Below, one piece after another: positions 49,725 through 60,861 of a stretch of 64,000 nucleotides of DNA. The notes beneath the pieces were generated by a model. It saw nothing but the letters and a program-made list of their open reading frames with translations. It did not search any database and was not told the origin of the DNA. This DNA comes from Enoplolaimus lenunculus (Eukaryota). Made by a program: the position numbers and the translations under genes. The DNA lies in the NCBI GenBank assembly GCA_030248215.1, contig JASANG010002570.1:372001-436000 (forward strand). Direction: 5' to 3'. Position 1 is the first letter of the stretch. The number at the start of each line of letters is the position of its first letter.

Positions 49725-51403
49725 GATCATGTGGTGTCATAGAGATGTTGTGTTTTAGGTTCCTGATTATAGTTGCACACTGACTTTTATTCTTCCTCCG
49801 CATTGCAACGGGGTTAGAATCAAGAAGTCTTACCGAGGGAGGTGCAATACGAAGTACTTAGTAAGTACATAGTTATTTGTACGAAACTGGTTTAAATAGC
49901 AGCATACAGTTCGAAGCGATTTAATACGTGTCTTGTATGCTGCTAATTGTTGTTTGATATTGTCAAACTGCTAATTTTAGTCACTGGTCCCAGCTACTGT
50001 TGTTCATAGTCACTAGTCCCAGCTACTGTTGTTCAAGTGTAGGTTTGAGTGTTTGAATTATATAATGTCTCTTTAACGTATGATCAGAAAGACAGCTGGA
50101 ATTAAAATTTAGTATGGTGTACAGCACGATGGTATGTAATTAGCTGACATTAGCCAGCCGATAATTAGCTAGCTGTATACATACGTGTATACCTGTCGTT
50201 TTATGTCCAAATTTCAAGTTAATTTTGCTTAGTTGTTAGTAATATATTTGCTGTTTTTATGATAGTTTTGGCCAATGTTGATGACGGGCAGACGGGTTTT
50301 CATATTTTTCTCCGTTTACGGCTTTCGGTTTGCGTTTGGCGTGACCCAAATGCACTTTAGGCTAGGTATTGTACTTAGCGTTGAGTTGGAATGATATTAA
50401 TTTCACTTGCTGTCATATATATCAATACGTTTGATTAGCAAATGGGATGCCACTTGTGTTTTGGAATTGGCTGTGACAAAATTGCAAATAAGAATCGGCG
50501 TCGGCAAAAAATTGGTATCGACACATAATTACATGTCGGGGAGGAGTATGGCTAATCGACATTGGCATTTAATGTCAGGTGATCCTTAGATTTAATGTAT
50601 TATATACGTTTGTGTGCTCTTCATTAAAATTTCTTAATGTCCAAGGCCAGGGAGAAGTGGTGTCCGTTTCAGCGTAAAGATTATACCCGTTTTTAGATGT
50701 ATTGGAGAATTCTAGTTTTTGCTTTTAATTTGTGATACTAAGCATTCAATGTTCGTTTTCATTATGTTAAAGTGTTTTTGCCATGGACCTCTTCGCTACA
50801 AGGACGCAAAAAAGACAAAATTGTCTCTATTGCGCTTCCTGGCTATGGTCAACTACAACTAGGTGTATTCGACACAAAAGTGTGTGTTACGATTTTTTAA
50901 ATTGTATTTTGCATAAAGTGAAAGATTATACGTGTCATGAGGTACTAATGAGCGATTACTGCGCTAGGCTTGCATTTTTGGTGTGCGAGAAGTATAGCCG
51001 TTTCTCACGCAGAAACTTTAAATTTTGAGGTCTACTTTCAAGTTAAGCCCTTTACCATCACCGATCGATTACGGTAGTTTAACGGTGGAGCCCAATGAGA
51101 GTAGTTGGTGTTAGGGTGCAGCCGGAATTCCGGTTCCGGTAGAGTAATCCAGTATTTTTACTATCTGGTTCCGGTAATACGGTATTCTTTCATAAATTTT
51201 TCGTATTGAAAATTTGTCTTATTCGAAAATTTAAAAATAATTGGCATATTACTCTAACTTAGTATTTGTCTAAAATTGTCTAAGCGTGTATTGCTAAAAT
51301 CTTCAATTTGTGCCATACTACATAATTTATCAGATGTTTCTAACTCCTGGATTGTGTCAGGACTTAGGCATTCTAAATGGTGTGTTTACACCATTAATAA
51401 AAG

Positions 51404-53054
51404 GTGCCCATGTATAGTTGAGTGCCGTCTCAAAATCCCACCGTCCCAACTAAAAATTGATAATTTTTGTTTTGTGGTGAGATTTTGTGATTTCAATAAA
51501 ATTCATCGAAAGCAATTCCTTGGGCTTAGATTTAGGATTATGCAATCATTTGGCTCAAGATTTAGGTTTAGGAAAGTGCAAGGCTCCGTCTTAGGCTTAG
51601 CTTTTTAGGTGTTTATCCGTAACATCAGGTGTAAAGCTTAGATATACATTTTAGAGGTGCCTTAGGTTTTACATAGATTAAATCATTAATGACCATTACG
51701 GGCTAAATCGTAGGGGCCCATGTATAGAACACGGCCGGATCGTTTTCCGCAGGGGCTATAATAGAGTCAGTTTAAGCTTTTGACTAATTTTTTTACTTAG
51801 GCTTAGGAATATGCTTATACTACTGTTCCGGCCCTTTTCTATGCATGGGCCATCTTAGGCATAGGCTTAGGCTTAAGCTTAGGCTTTAGGAGCAGGCTTT
51901 GGTTTAAGCGAAGATTAGACCGCAGATAGCATTGGCTTAGGCTTAAGCCGAGGCGTTATGAATAGGTTTTAAACAAACATTGATTAGATCTTAAGTAACT
52001 CTTGGGCTAAATTTTAGGCTTAGGCTCATGCGGGGTTCACGTTACTACTGGGGCAGCTTGGGACACGATTTGCCCCTTTTAGACTATAGGGTAACATTTT
52101 GTCTGCTATTGTCTGCGAATATTACGTGATATATTTTCAAACGTCTGCATGCTTGAGGTAACATACCCAAATTGTCCTGTTGAATATCATATGATACTAG
52201 AATGTGAATTTTAATTATGAAGCTGTGGTTAAAAGCGATTTGGTGTCGAAAACGACTTGCAGGCGTGTATACGGTATTTAAAAAGCACATCTGTGCCTCT
52301 GTCGTTCGACATTCCATTTATTTATCAGCACCCAAAGATTACACTATCCCGCTGAACATCATGATATTCGTTGACATTTTGGAATATCATATATTCGCGT
52401 AAATGTCCCACAGTATCACGTAACATACCGTCCCATATACGCATTGATCATTTGAGAGCGGTGGTTTGTAAGCTGTCATATGACATTCGAGTTTTGTCTG
52501 TTGAGCCCATATAAGAACCCGAATTTTAACGTTGACGTCGAATCAACATGGGACAAACCGTGTCCCGCTTGCACCGGTTATAACGTGAATCCCGCATATG
52601 GCACCATTAAAATCTATATCTAAGTTTACGATCCTACCGATAAACTACTAATCGTAAACCAGTAAACCTCGGCTAATCCTAAATTGAATCTCGAGCCAAA
52701 AGATTACTTAAACCTAAACCAAAGCCCAAGGAATTGCTTGCGATGAAATATATTGAAATCACAAAATCGCGAACTTCCGCAATTCCACGACAAACAAACA
52801 AAAGCAATCAATTTTATATTTGGGCCGGCAGACCAGTATATATGGGCCATGGGGCACATATATAGAACAGGACTGGATCGTTTTCTGGCGGGGTGTAAGT
52901 CAGTTTAAGCTCTAGACTTGCTTTTTTGCCTACGCTTATGCTTAGGCATATATACTAGTGTTCCGACCCTGTTCTCTACATGGGCCCTTATGCTTTACGC
53001 TTAGGTTAGGTATATGCTTATACTACTGTTCCGGCCCTGTTCTATATATGGGGC
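51404..53054. mobile_element. Nested cluster: 1.4-kb long-TIR element with TTAGGC-rich arms, inner elements at 51714-51851 and about 52028-52600, adjacent MITE at 52851-53054
   Basis: 51451-51571 is the reverse complement of about 52678-52815. Inner TIRs ATGCGGGGTTCACGTTA and TAACGTGAATCCCGCAT. GGGCCCATGTATAGAAC-family copies at 51714 and 52851. Confidence 0.65.
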
Positions 53055-53424
53055 TAAAACCTATATGTGCTCAATGCAAGTACAACCAGTCATACTTTAC
53101 TATATGGGGTTTATAACGCATAAGAATCTATAAATTACACGTTTAATATACTTTACAGTGAACAATCCACTAGAGACGCAACAGATGGATGTAAGCAAGA
53201 ATAAAATCTCTATACAGCATTGGGTACTTGTTTAGTTCCCACCGTACTAGCGTTAATGTTAATTTAATAGAACGCAAGATTCCCTTCACAGTGACATGCT
53301 TTTTTTCTGGCTTACTCTCAGGTTAGCTATGTATGGGAAAACTTTATGTGCGAAGAAGTAAACAAGTACCCAGCATTGAATGCACCAGTTAATATCAATG
53401 CAAAAAACACCATGATAGTTAAGC

Positions 53425-53490
53425 GCGGTAACGCAACCGAGCTCGGAGACACCTATGCAAGTCCCGGGAAGAGTTCTCTTTTCTTTTTAA
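53425..53490 (+). pseudogene. Short dispersed fragment resembling eukaryotic 28S rRNA
   Basis: GCGGTAACGCAACCGAGCTCGGAGAC...CCCGGGAAGAGTTCTCTTTTCTT matches a conserved LSU rRNA segment as I recall it; flanks are not rRNA-like. Confidence 0.7.
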
Positions 53491-56400
53491 GTAATATATA
53501 CTAAATCCTGGAAGTGAAAGCACAAGCTTAAGACTTTTATACCTAAATTTAACAAAATTTCTAGACGACCTCGAGATCCATCGTTATATCACTAAAACAT
53601 CAGTTATCGTGCTATATGCAGCGTTAAATCGAACCATCAAACATGAAAGTTTACTAGTGAATATAATACTTAGAGAGAGAAGTTTGAACGTAACGGACAC
53701 CGATTATTACCGAAAACGGATATACGGTTACACCCTGTACCGCGCCCTAAACGAGCAATTGAAGTCTACACCTTCAGTCTGAGCATGTTATATACTACCA
53801 GCCAGAACTGCATAAAAACGCTACCACGCGCAGCCAGCAGTGCCATAATTTTCCCATTGGCCGCTTTTACACCATGAAACTCTCCATTTATTTTTTGAGC
53901 AAAAGCACCGGCCGCTATTTCATAATTGCTTTTGAATCATTCTATATACTTATGCGGCTTTGTCAAGCTTTTCAATTACAATACCACACATGTGTGTAAT
54001 ACACAAATTCATGGACATCTGAACATGGCACATTGAACATATGTACACACAGGTATATAAAAACCCTGGTGTTACTAGTACAATCATCCACCAGTAAATA
54101 AACGCTAAATGCCTTGTACCTTTAACCATTAGGCCATTTACCACACTAGTTTGCTTTACACAGTGATTACCATGTGTTTTTCATTTGCTGGGTAGTGAGG
54201 CGTACTGAGAAAGTCCAAGAGATTGGTGGTGATGGTGGGTACTGAGAACCCTCAACTTGAATTCATTCCTCTAATGAAATAATACTGTCTCATTAAACCA
54301 CAATTTGCCAATTTTAGCTCGAAAACTAATATTTCAGTTGTTTTTCATGTGTCAACGCCACCAATATTTGTTGTATGTGTTTGAAACAGTCAAAACTATT
54401 AAGAATATGATTCTTAAAAAAGTTAATCTACAGTTACACCAGAATACAATCTCAAAAATATACATGATTCACTACGTAGGTTGCAGAGTGCATCCAGAAG
54501 GTGAAAAATACCCGAAGCTCCAGATAAAAAAATTTTGCTGGAGCCGCAAGTGAGGCAAAATCATGTTATCAAAATAATGTTTAACTTGCTAATTTTAGCA
54601 AATATCTGTAGGTTTTGGTTTTACAGTTATTTGTTTTACGAAATTTCGGCAATTTTTTACTAGAAATTGTACCAAATGTTAAAATGAAACGCACAAACAA
54701 ATCTATTTTGTATGATTATGCAAAATTTCACTACCGAAATCGCCTGAATCTCCGGCAGAAATGTTACCGGAGCCGGTGGTTGATTTTCTGCCGGAGCCGT
54801 AGGCACACCGCCGGTTGTTTCAACTTATAAAAGTACCTTTTTCTCGTTTCTCTTAAAATTTCGACAGGGATTATGTTTCTGCTATTCATCCCCTTGCATA
54901 CGCCTCTGCTGCCTGTTTTACTATGAACATTCACGTTCTAATACAGATTCCCCCGTAACAATCTACTATAAATGTTTAAAGACAAAGACATTTGCCCCGT
55001 TTTTGTACAAATTATTATTGTATACGTACGTATTTGTATTGCGCATACTACAGAGAGCATACAAAAAAATTGCAGATGTGCGTACGTATGTCGTCGTAAC
55101 TGCAGTGTGCGTTCATTCTGGCATATCGCCTACGCAACAACAACACCATCATCAACAACAGAAATATACACAAATTTGTTTGCGTGTCGTTATAAATTAT
55201 AAAAACAGAAAAAATACAAAAAATGTCTCCAACACGTTTGTTGAAATGAAGATGGTACGGATGTGACTTGTGTACAAGAATGTACAACCGAATTTCCAGT
55301 TCGTTCCGGCAAAAAATCGACATCTGGTTCCGGCCTGTCTCAGATATTTAAATAATCGGCCCCGTTATTTCTTGACGTACAGTTCCTCCAAACACGTAGC
55401 CAACTCGTTACACTATGTATCAGCGAACGCAGCCACGCTTACAACCTTTTCGACCAAGCCTTACCATCTCAATTATTATTAAAATTCCAAATGCTCATAT
55501 GCTTAACTCATAGATAGCCTTTCGGATCATATGCGCTTTCCCTGCATTTAAAATTAATGTTTGATCTTTAGGCATAAATGTTTCAATCTGTTCCTAACCT
55601 GGATCCAAGAGTCAAATTTCCCCTCATCTATTGAACAGCCATTCCAGACTAAAGGCTTCTAAACAGGAAAAATTTGATTTTAAGACTAGCAATGATAGAA
55701 AACCAAGCAATCCTTTGTGGAATGCAGCATTCAGTGTATCGAATACTTGCAACGTGTCCTGTGATCGCACGATAAAAGTTTCAAAGATGTTTTATTTTTC
55801 TACCAACGCAATAGAGGCGTGCAAATATTCATCGGGTTTTCTATTAAAGAAAAAATAGCGGATGCTTCGAAATGTTGATTTTGGATGAGTTTTTTTAATT
55901 TTTATTTCATTTCGAACATTTGCAGCATATCTGTAACTGAAAATTGCCAGATACGTGATTTTGAACTAATTTTGAACGTAAAAAACAGAACTTCCATAAT
56001 TTCACCATCGGAAACGGACACCGAGTTTACCGGAAACGGATATCCGATTGAACCCTCGAGCAACACCAGTCACCAGTTAGCGGTGAACCTCTTAATTAAG
56101 AACCAGTAAACGACAAAATTTGCAATATCAACGTTATTCATGCTTATCAATTAACCTACAACTGTTGAGTTCAATGTTGGATCGCCCGACAGGCACTGAA
56201 ATTTGCTCGGCTGAAACCGTATTACCGGGCGCTGGCGGTTCTTGCATTTTTCTGTAGGTGGCAGCATTTTACACGCTTGTAAATCGAGCATGAAATTTTT
56301 TAATTTTTGCTTCAAAAAATCAGCTGTACTCATAAAACGTTTTGTGTTGGTGGCAAACGCCTCTACCTGTGACTGCCCATGTTACGACGCGAAAGGTGTG

Positions 56401-57297
56401 GCTCCAAGATATGGCGTACATATCAAACACGTACGAGTAGCAATCTATACTTGGTTTTATCGATTTGTCTAAAAATATTACTTGTGCGAAAGGTGTTTAA
56501 CGGCTTGTTATACTAATCTTGAAAGTAATGCTTAATCAAAAATTTGAGCTAAGATTACGTACGTGTATATATATGCCCCAATTTATTTACACATTAAGTC
56601 ATTTTTCTTAAAACTTCACACCACGTTCATTGTACCTATCCAGCTAATTTGCAGACACAAAATATCCGATACTCATTGCTCAATTTGGAGCTTGAATCAT
56701 AAAATTCCAAGAACTCACTACACAATGCCAGCTATCCTACTTACGTAACATAAACACAATGCTTAACAGCAAAGATATTCCACTTTCTGGTATTGAAACA
56801 ACAATAACAATGATCACATCGGGCTATGAAACAGTCAAAAGCACACTTCCAACACGTGCAAATATATATACTTATACATACTACAGAGTGCGACACTGCG
56901 GATGACACCAAATCAATAGGTACCGTGGCCAGACACATGATATCCAGCCATACCCGAATATTGAAGTAAAGCAGAAACTTAATCAAGCTAACTTAGTCGT
57001 TCTTGATATAATTTATTATTAACAGCAATTTAATACCTTTTAGAATACCGGAACAGGGTGCCGATTGTTTTCCGGAACCGGACATCCGGTCGCATCCTGA
57101 AACATTGCACAAACACACAAATCTCACAACTCAAACAAGTATCACAGCAAATTAATTGCTAATTTCTATGTTGCCGTCTAAACTATAACATACGGAACGA
57201 ATAAAGATGTGAACAATACAATTGGTAACTGGAACATGCATGAACTGTAGCCAATTTGCAATACGTACGTACACACACACAAATATAATACATATAC

Positions 57298-57625
57298 CAG
57301 GGTGCAACCGGAATTACAATTTACCGGAAACGGAATTTGACAATTTTACCGGAACCGGAAAGTGAAAAATGCATTTCACCAAAAATTTCATTTTAATCGT
57401 ATTTTTTGCTCTATTACTTGTGAAATAACCTTAGTCGAACATAATTATTTATTTTATTTGTTGTATTTTAGATTTTCGTCGTCGATTGAAGTGAAATCTA
57501 CCATCAAAGGCTTATATTCGGAGTACAAGTGGCTTTCAAAAGAGATTCTTAAAAATTAGCAAAGTTAAGAAAACGGGCAAATTAAATCCGGTAAAAATTT
57601 ACCGGAACCGGAAGGTGAAAAAATG
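57298..57625. mobile_element. Truncated CAGGGTGCAACC-family hAT MITE followed by a (TA)n tract at 57626-57695
   Basis: Very similar reverse complement of 15357-15741, lacking one TIR. Confidence 0.8.
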
Positions 57626-57700
57626 CATATATATTATATATAATATATATTATATATATAATATATATAATATATATATATATAATATATATATAAGAAT

Positions 57701-58913
57701 TAGGAATATGCCGATTAAACGGCATCAGCATCAGTAATAATCGGCACTTTTCGTTAGTATCGGCATCGGCACTGCAAAAAATTGCCGATTCTTTGCCAAA
57801 TATGTTTTGCACATATAACAGTCAGTTGGAATGCTATCGATTTCATTTCTGGGCGCATACCAGTGACTGCTCAATTGTTATCTCTCTTGCGTTTGTGTTT
57901 GAGAAAATTATATAATTGAAATGAACTGTTCTTATAAAATTCTAATCGTTTATGATGGTTAGGTTTAAGTCTTCGTTCAAATGATGTAACGTAGTATCAG
58001 GGTGCAATCGGAATTCTGATTAGAATTCCGATTCAAAAAGTTCCGATTCCGATTCCGACTGCACAATCAATCGGAATCGGAATTTCCACATTTTTATTTT
58101 AGGGACTACTTTTTGCGATACGTATGTTGCATAAAAATTCATCATTTTTCTATTAAATTGTTTTTGATGAGTTAACTTATCAATAATTGATTGTAGTTTA
58201 GTTTTACTGAGGCAAAAACTGATTGTCAGTTTGTTCATGCGATGTTTTCGAGAATTGTTACCAGCCAACAGACACACTAAATCAATATTATACTTGTTAA
58301 TACAAATTATCCGTATAGTCACAAAGTCTGTAGTTCCGATTCATCTTCTGATTCCGATATAAATTTGCTGTTCCGCTTTTGATTCCAGCATAATCCACTT
58401 TCGCTTTGCACCCTGCGTAGTATCCTATCTGTTTATTATGCACGGTGTACTAAAGTTGGAATCGGCATCGGCAAAATTTCACAATAAGAATCGGTATCGA
58501 TCGGTAAAAATTTTCGTATCGGCCAGAGTACAAAATGGAACTGGATCATACCGGAATCGGAATAGCAAATTTATACCGTAATCGTAATCGGAGCTACAAA
58601 TTTTTTGACTATACGGATATCTTGGATAAACAAGTTAATATTGATTATGGGTGTCTGTTGGCTGACAATTCTCAAAAACGTCGCAAGAACGAATTGGCAA
58701 TCATTATTTGGCTCTGTAAAACTAAACTACAATCAATTATATATTGATAAGTTAACTTATCGAAAACAATTGAATATATATAAATCATGCAGAATGTTTA
58801 AACAACATATCACAACAAGTAGGCCTAAAATTAAAATGTGAAAATTCCGATTCCGATTGATTGTGCAATTGGAATCGGAATTCCGATTGCACCCTGGTAT
58901 CGGCGCATCCCTA
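57701..58913. mobile_element. TAGGGATG-family MITE carrying two nested hAT MITEs (57998-58415 and 58524-58896)
   Basis: Perfect 8-bp TSDs CGTAGTAT and GTATCGGC; removing both inserts restores a host collinear with 60277-60672. Confidence 0.85.
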
Positions 58914-59408
58914 GCTAGATTAGTGAAAAAAAATCACGCGAGCGAAAAACCAATCAACGAACCACAATTTTAGTACTAATACTAATTACAACATTTTTTA
59001 GTTTTAATCCTGTTAGGAACGCAAGTTTCATTATGCTCAAACAGTATGTAGCTGGCTATCGGTCACATCCAGTATTCGAAGAAATATACTCCGTAAGCGT
59101 TGCGTTTCGGTGCATCACATTTTCTGGCAAAGGTAAAGTTTCAAATTTACTCACTCAGATTTTTGTCTACTTACTAAGTACAACTAAACTATCTAGCAGC
59201 TCTATTTAAAATCCTTAATAGAATGTGTCTGGTGCACTTAAATACCCCATAGTAGGCTGTCGGACCAGGTCGCAACACACGCCGGTTCATTTTGTACTAC
59301 AAAAAATTACGTACACAATAACTATGTCGGTATATGTGCACGTAAGTGTGTGTAAAGCAAATGTTGCCATGCCTGTGCACATATACCGGTATAAGAAGTT
59401 GTTGCAAC

Positions 59409-59480
59409 GGCCGCGTGGTGTAGCGGTTGCATGCTTGGCTCGAGCGCAAGAGGGCCGAGGTTCGATTTCCGGCGTGGTCA
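59409..59480 (+). pseudogene. tRNA-like sequence (pseudo-tRNA or SINE head), CGA in the anticodon position
   Basis: 72 nt; acceptor stem GGCCGCG/CGTGGTC fully paired with two G-U, D-stem paired, anticodon stem 4/5, T-loop TTCGATT but T-stem mispaired; TTTT shortly downstream. Confidence 0.55.
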
Positions 59481-60276
59481 TTAACTTTTGACAGAACTTC
59501 AAACAGGGGTCGTGCTGACCGTATAGTACTAACAAACTATAAGTTGCATACTGTTGTCTAAACGGTCATCATCATCGACCCTTGATGTCACTAATCCGGG
59601 TTGCGAATTTTACACAATACAATAATATTAAACAAAAAAACAAGCATAAGCCGGTGCCACAATGCAAGTGGGCATCAAATTCCTACGTACAACGGCGGAT
59701 CATAAAACAAAAATCTTCCTACTGCGCTGCCACAGCCAAAAGTCCTGTTCCCGTGTACGACAGGTAAAGCCAAGCGTTTAAAAATTCATGAACAAATTTC
59801 AAGTGCGGCAAAATTATAAAAACCAATTGTGTAATTGTGTTTTATACTTCAGCAAACCAATCACTTACGTGTACATAATATAGGTAGATTTCACTTGCAA
59901 ATCGGAGCTGGATAATATCGAAATCGGAATAGCAAATTTACAACATGATAATTTGTATTAACAGATAAACGTACGTAATTGATTTACAGCGTATGTATGT
60001 TAGCAGGCAGCAAGTACATTTTTCAAAATAAAATGATTTGGTGCTACTCAAATACGTACCTACGTATTGCACGCCTCAAATTCTACTATCAATGGGCGAA
60101 TTTACATTCTATGTTCGGCTAATATCCGTTTCCAGCAAAAAATTGTGCATCGGGTACGGTTTCAATATCCGGCAAAATTGATATCCGGTCGATGCTTGTC
60201 TACAGCTAAAAACACCAAAAATGCTTGCTTACACCATAAATCGGTGCGTCACCCAAAAATATACTTTATCCTTACT

Positions 60277-60672
60277 TAGGATGTGCCGATTATTCGGCAT
60301 CGGTAATAATCGGCACTTTTCGTAAGTATCGGCACTGCAAAAAAATTGCCGATTCTTTGCTGACACTTTTTGCACATAGCAACCAGTTGCAATGCTATCA
60401 ATTTCATTTCTGGGCGCATACCAGTGTCTGCTTCGGAAAATTGTTATCTCTCTTGTGTTTGTGTTTGAAAAAATTAATTGGAATGAACCGTTCTTATAAA
60501 ATTATAATTGTTTATGATCACTAGTGAGTCTTCATATAATGATGTAAGGTAGTACCCTATTTGTTTATTAAGCATGATATACTAAAGTTGGAATCGACAT
60601 CGGCAAAATTTCAAAATAAGAATCGGCATCGGTATCGGAATCGGCTAAAATTTTTGTAACCGCACATCCCTA
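60277..60672. mobile_element. TAGGGATG-family hAT MITE downstream of the jun stop codon
   Basis: TAGGATGTGCCGAT ... GCACATCCCTA; collinear in reverse with 12942-13330. Confidence 0.75.
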
Positions 60673-60861
60673 AATTCCTTAAACCTTAGCAGACATACGT
60701 AAATAAATATATAAAACACTCTTCAGTAATATATATCAGTTTGTACTTTTACATCTGACTATTGCATTAAACAGCAGAATCCTTCAAAATTGCGACAGAG
60801 CTACGTTTTATACGGATATTCGAAATTTTCCACGCTATCCCAGTCAGCGAACCAAATCTTT

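Noticed and set aside
51850..52030. True telomere or chromosome-fusion scar
   Set aside because: Arrays are short, degenerate and embedded within TIR elements.
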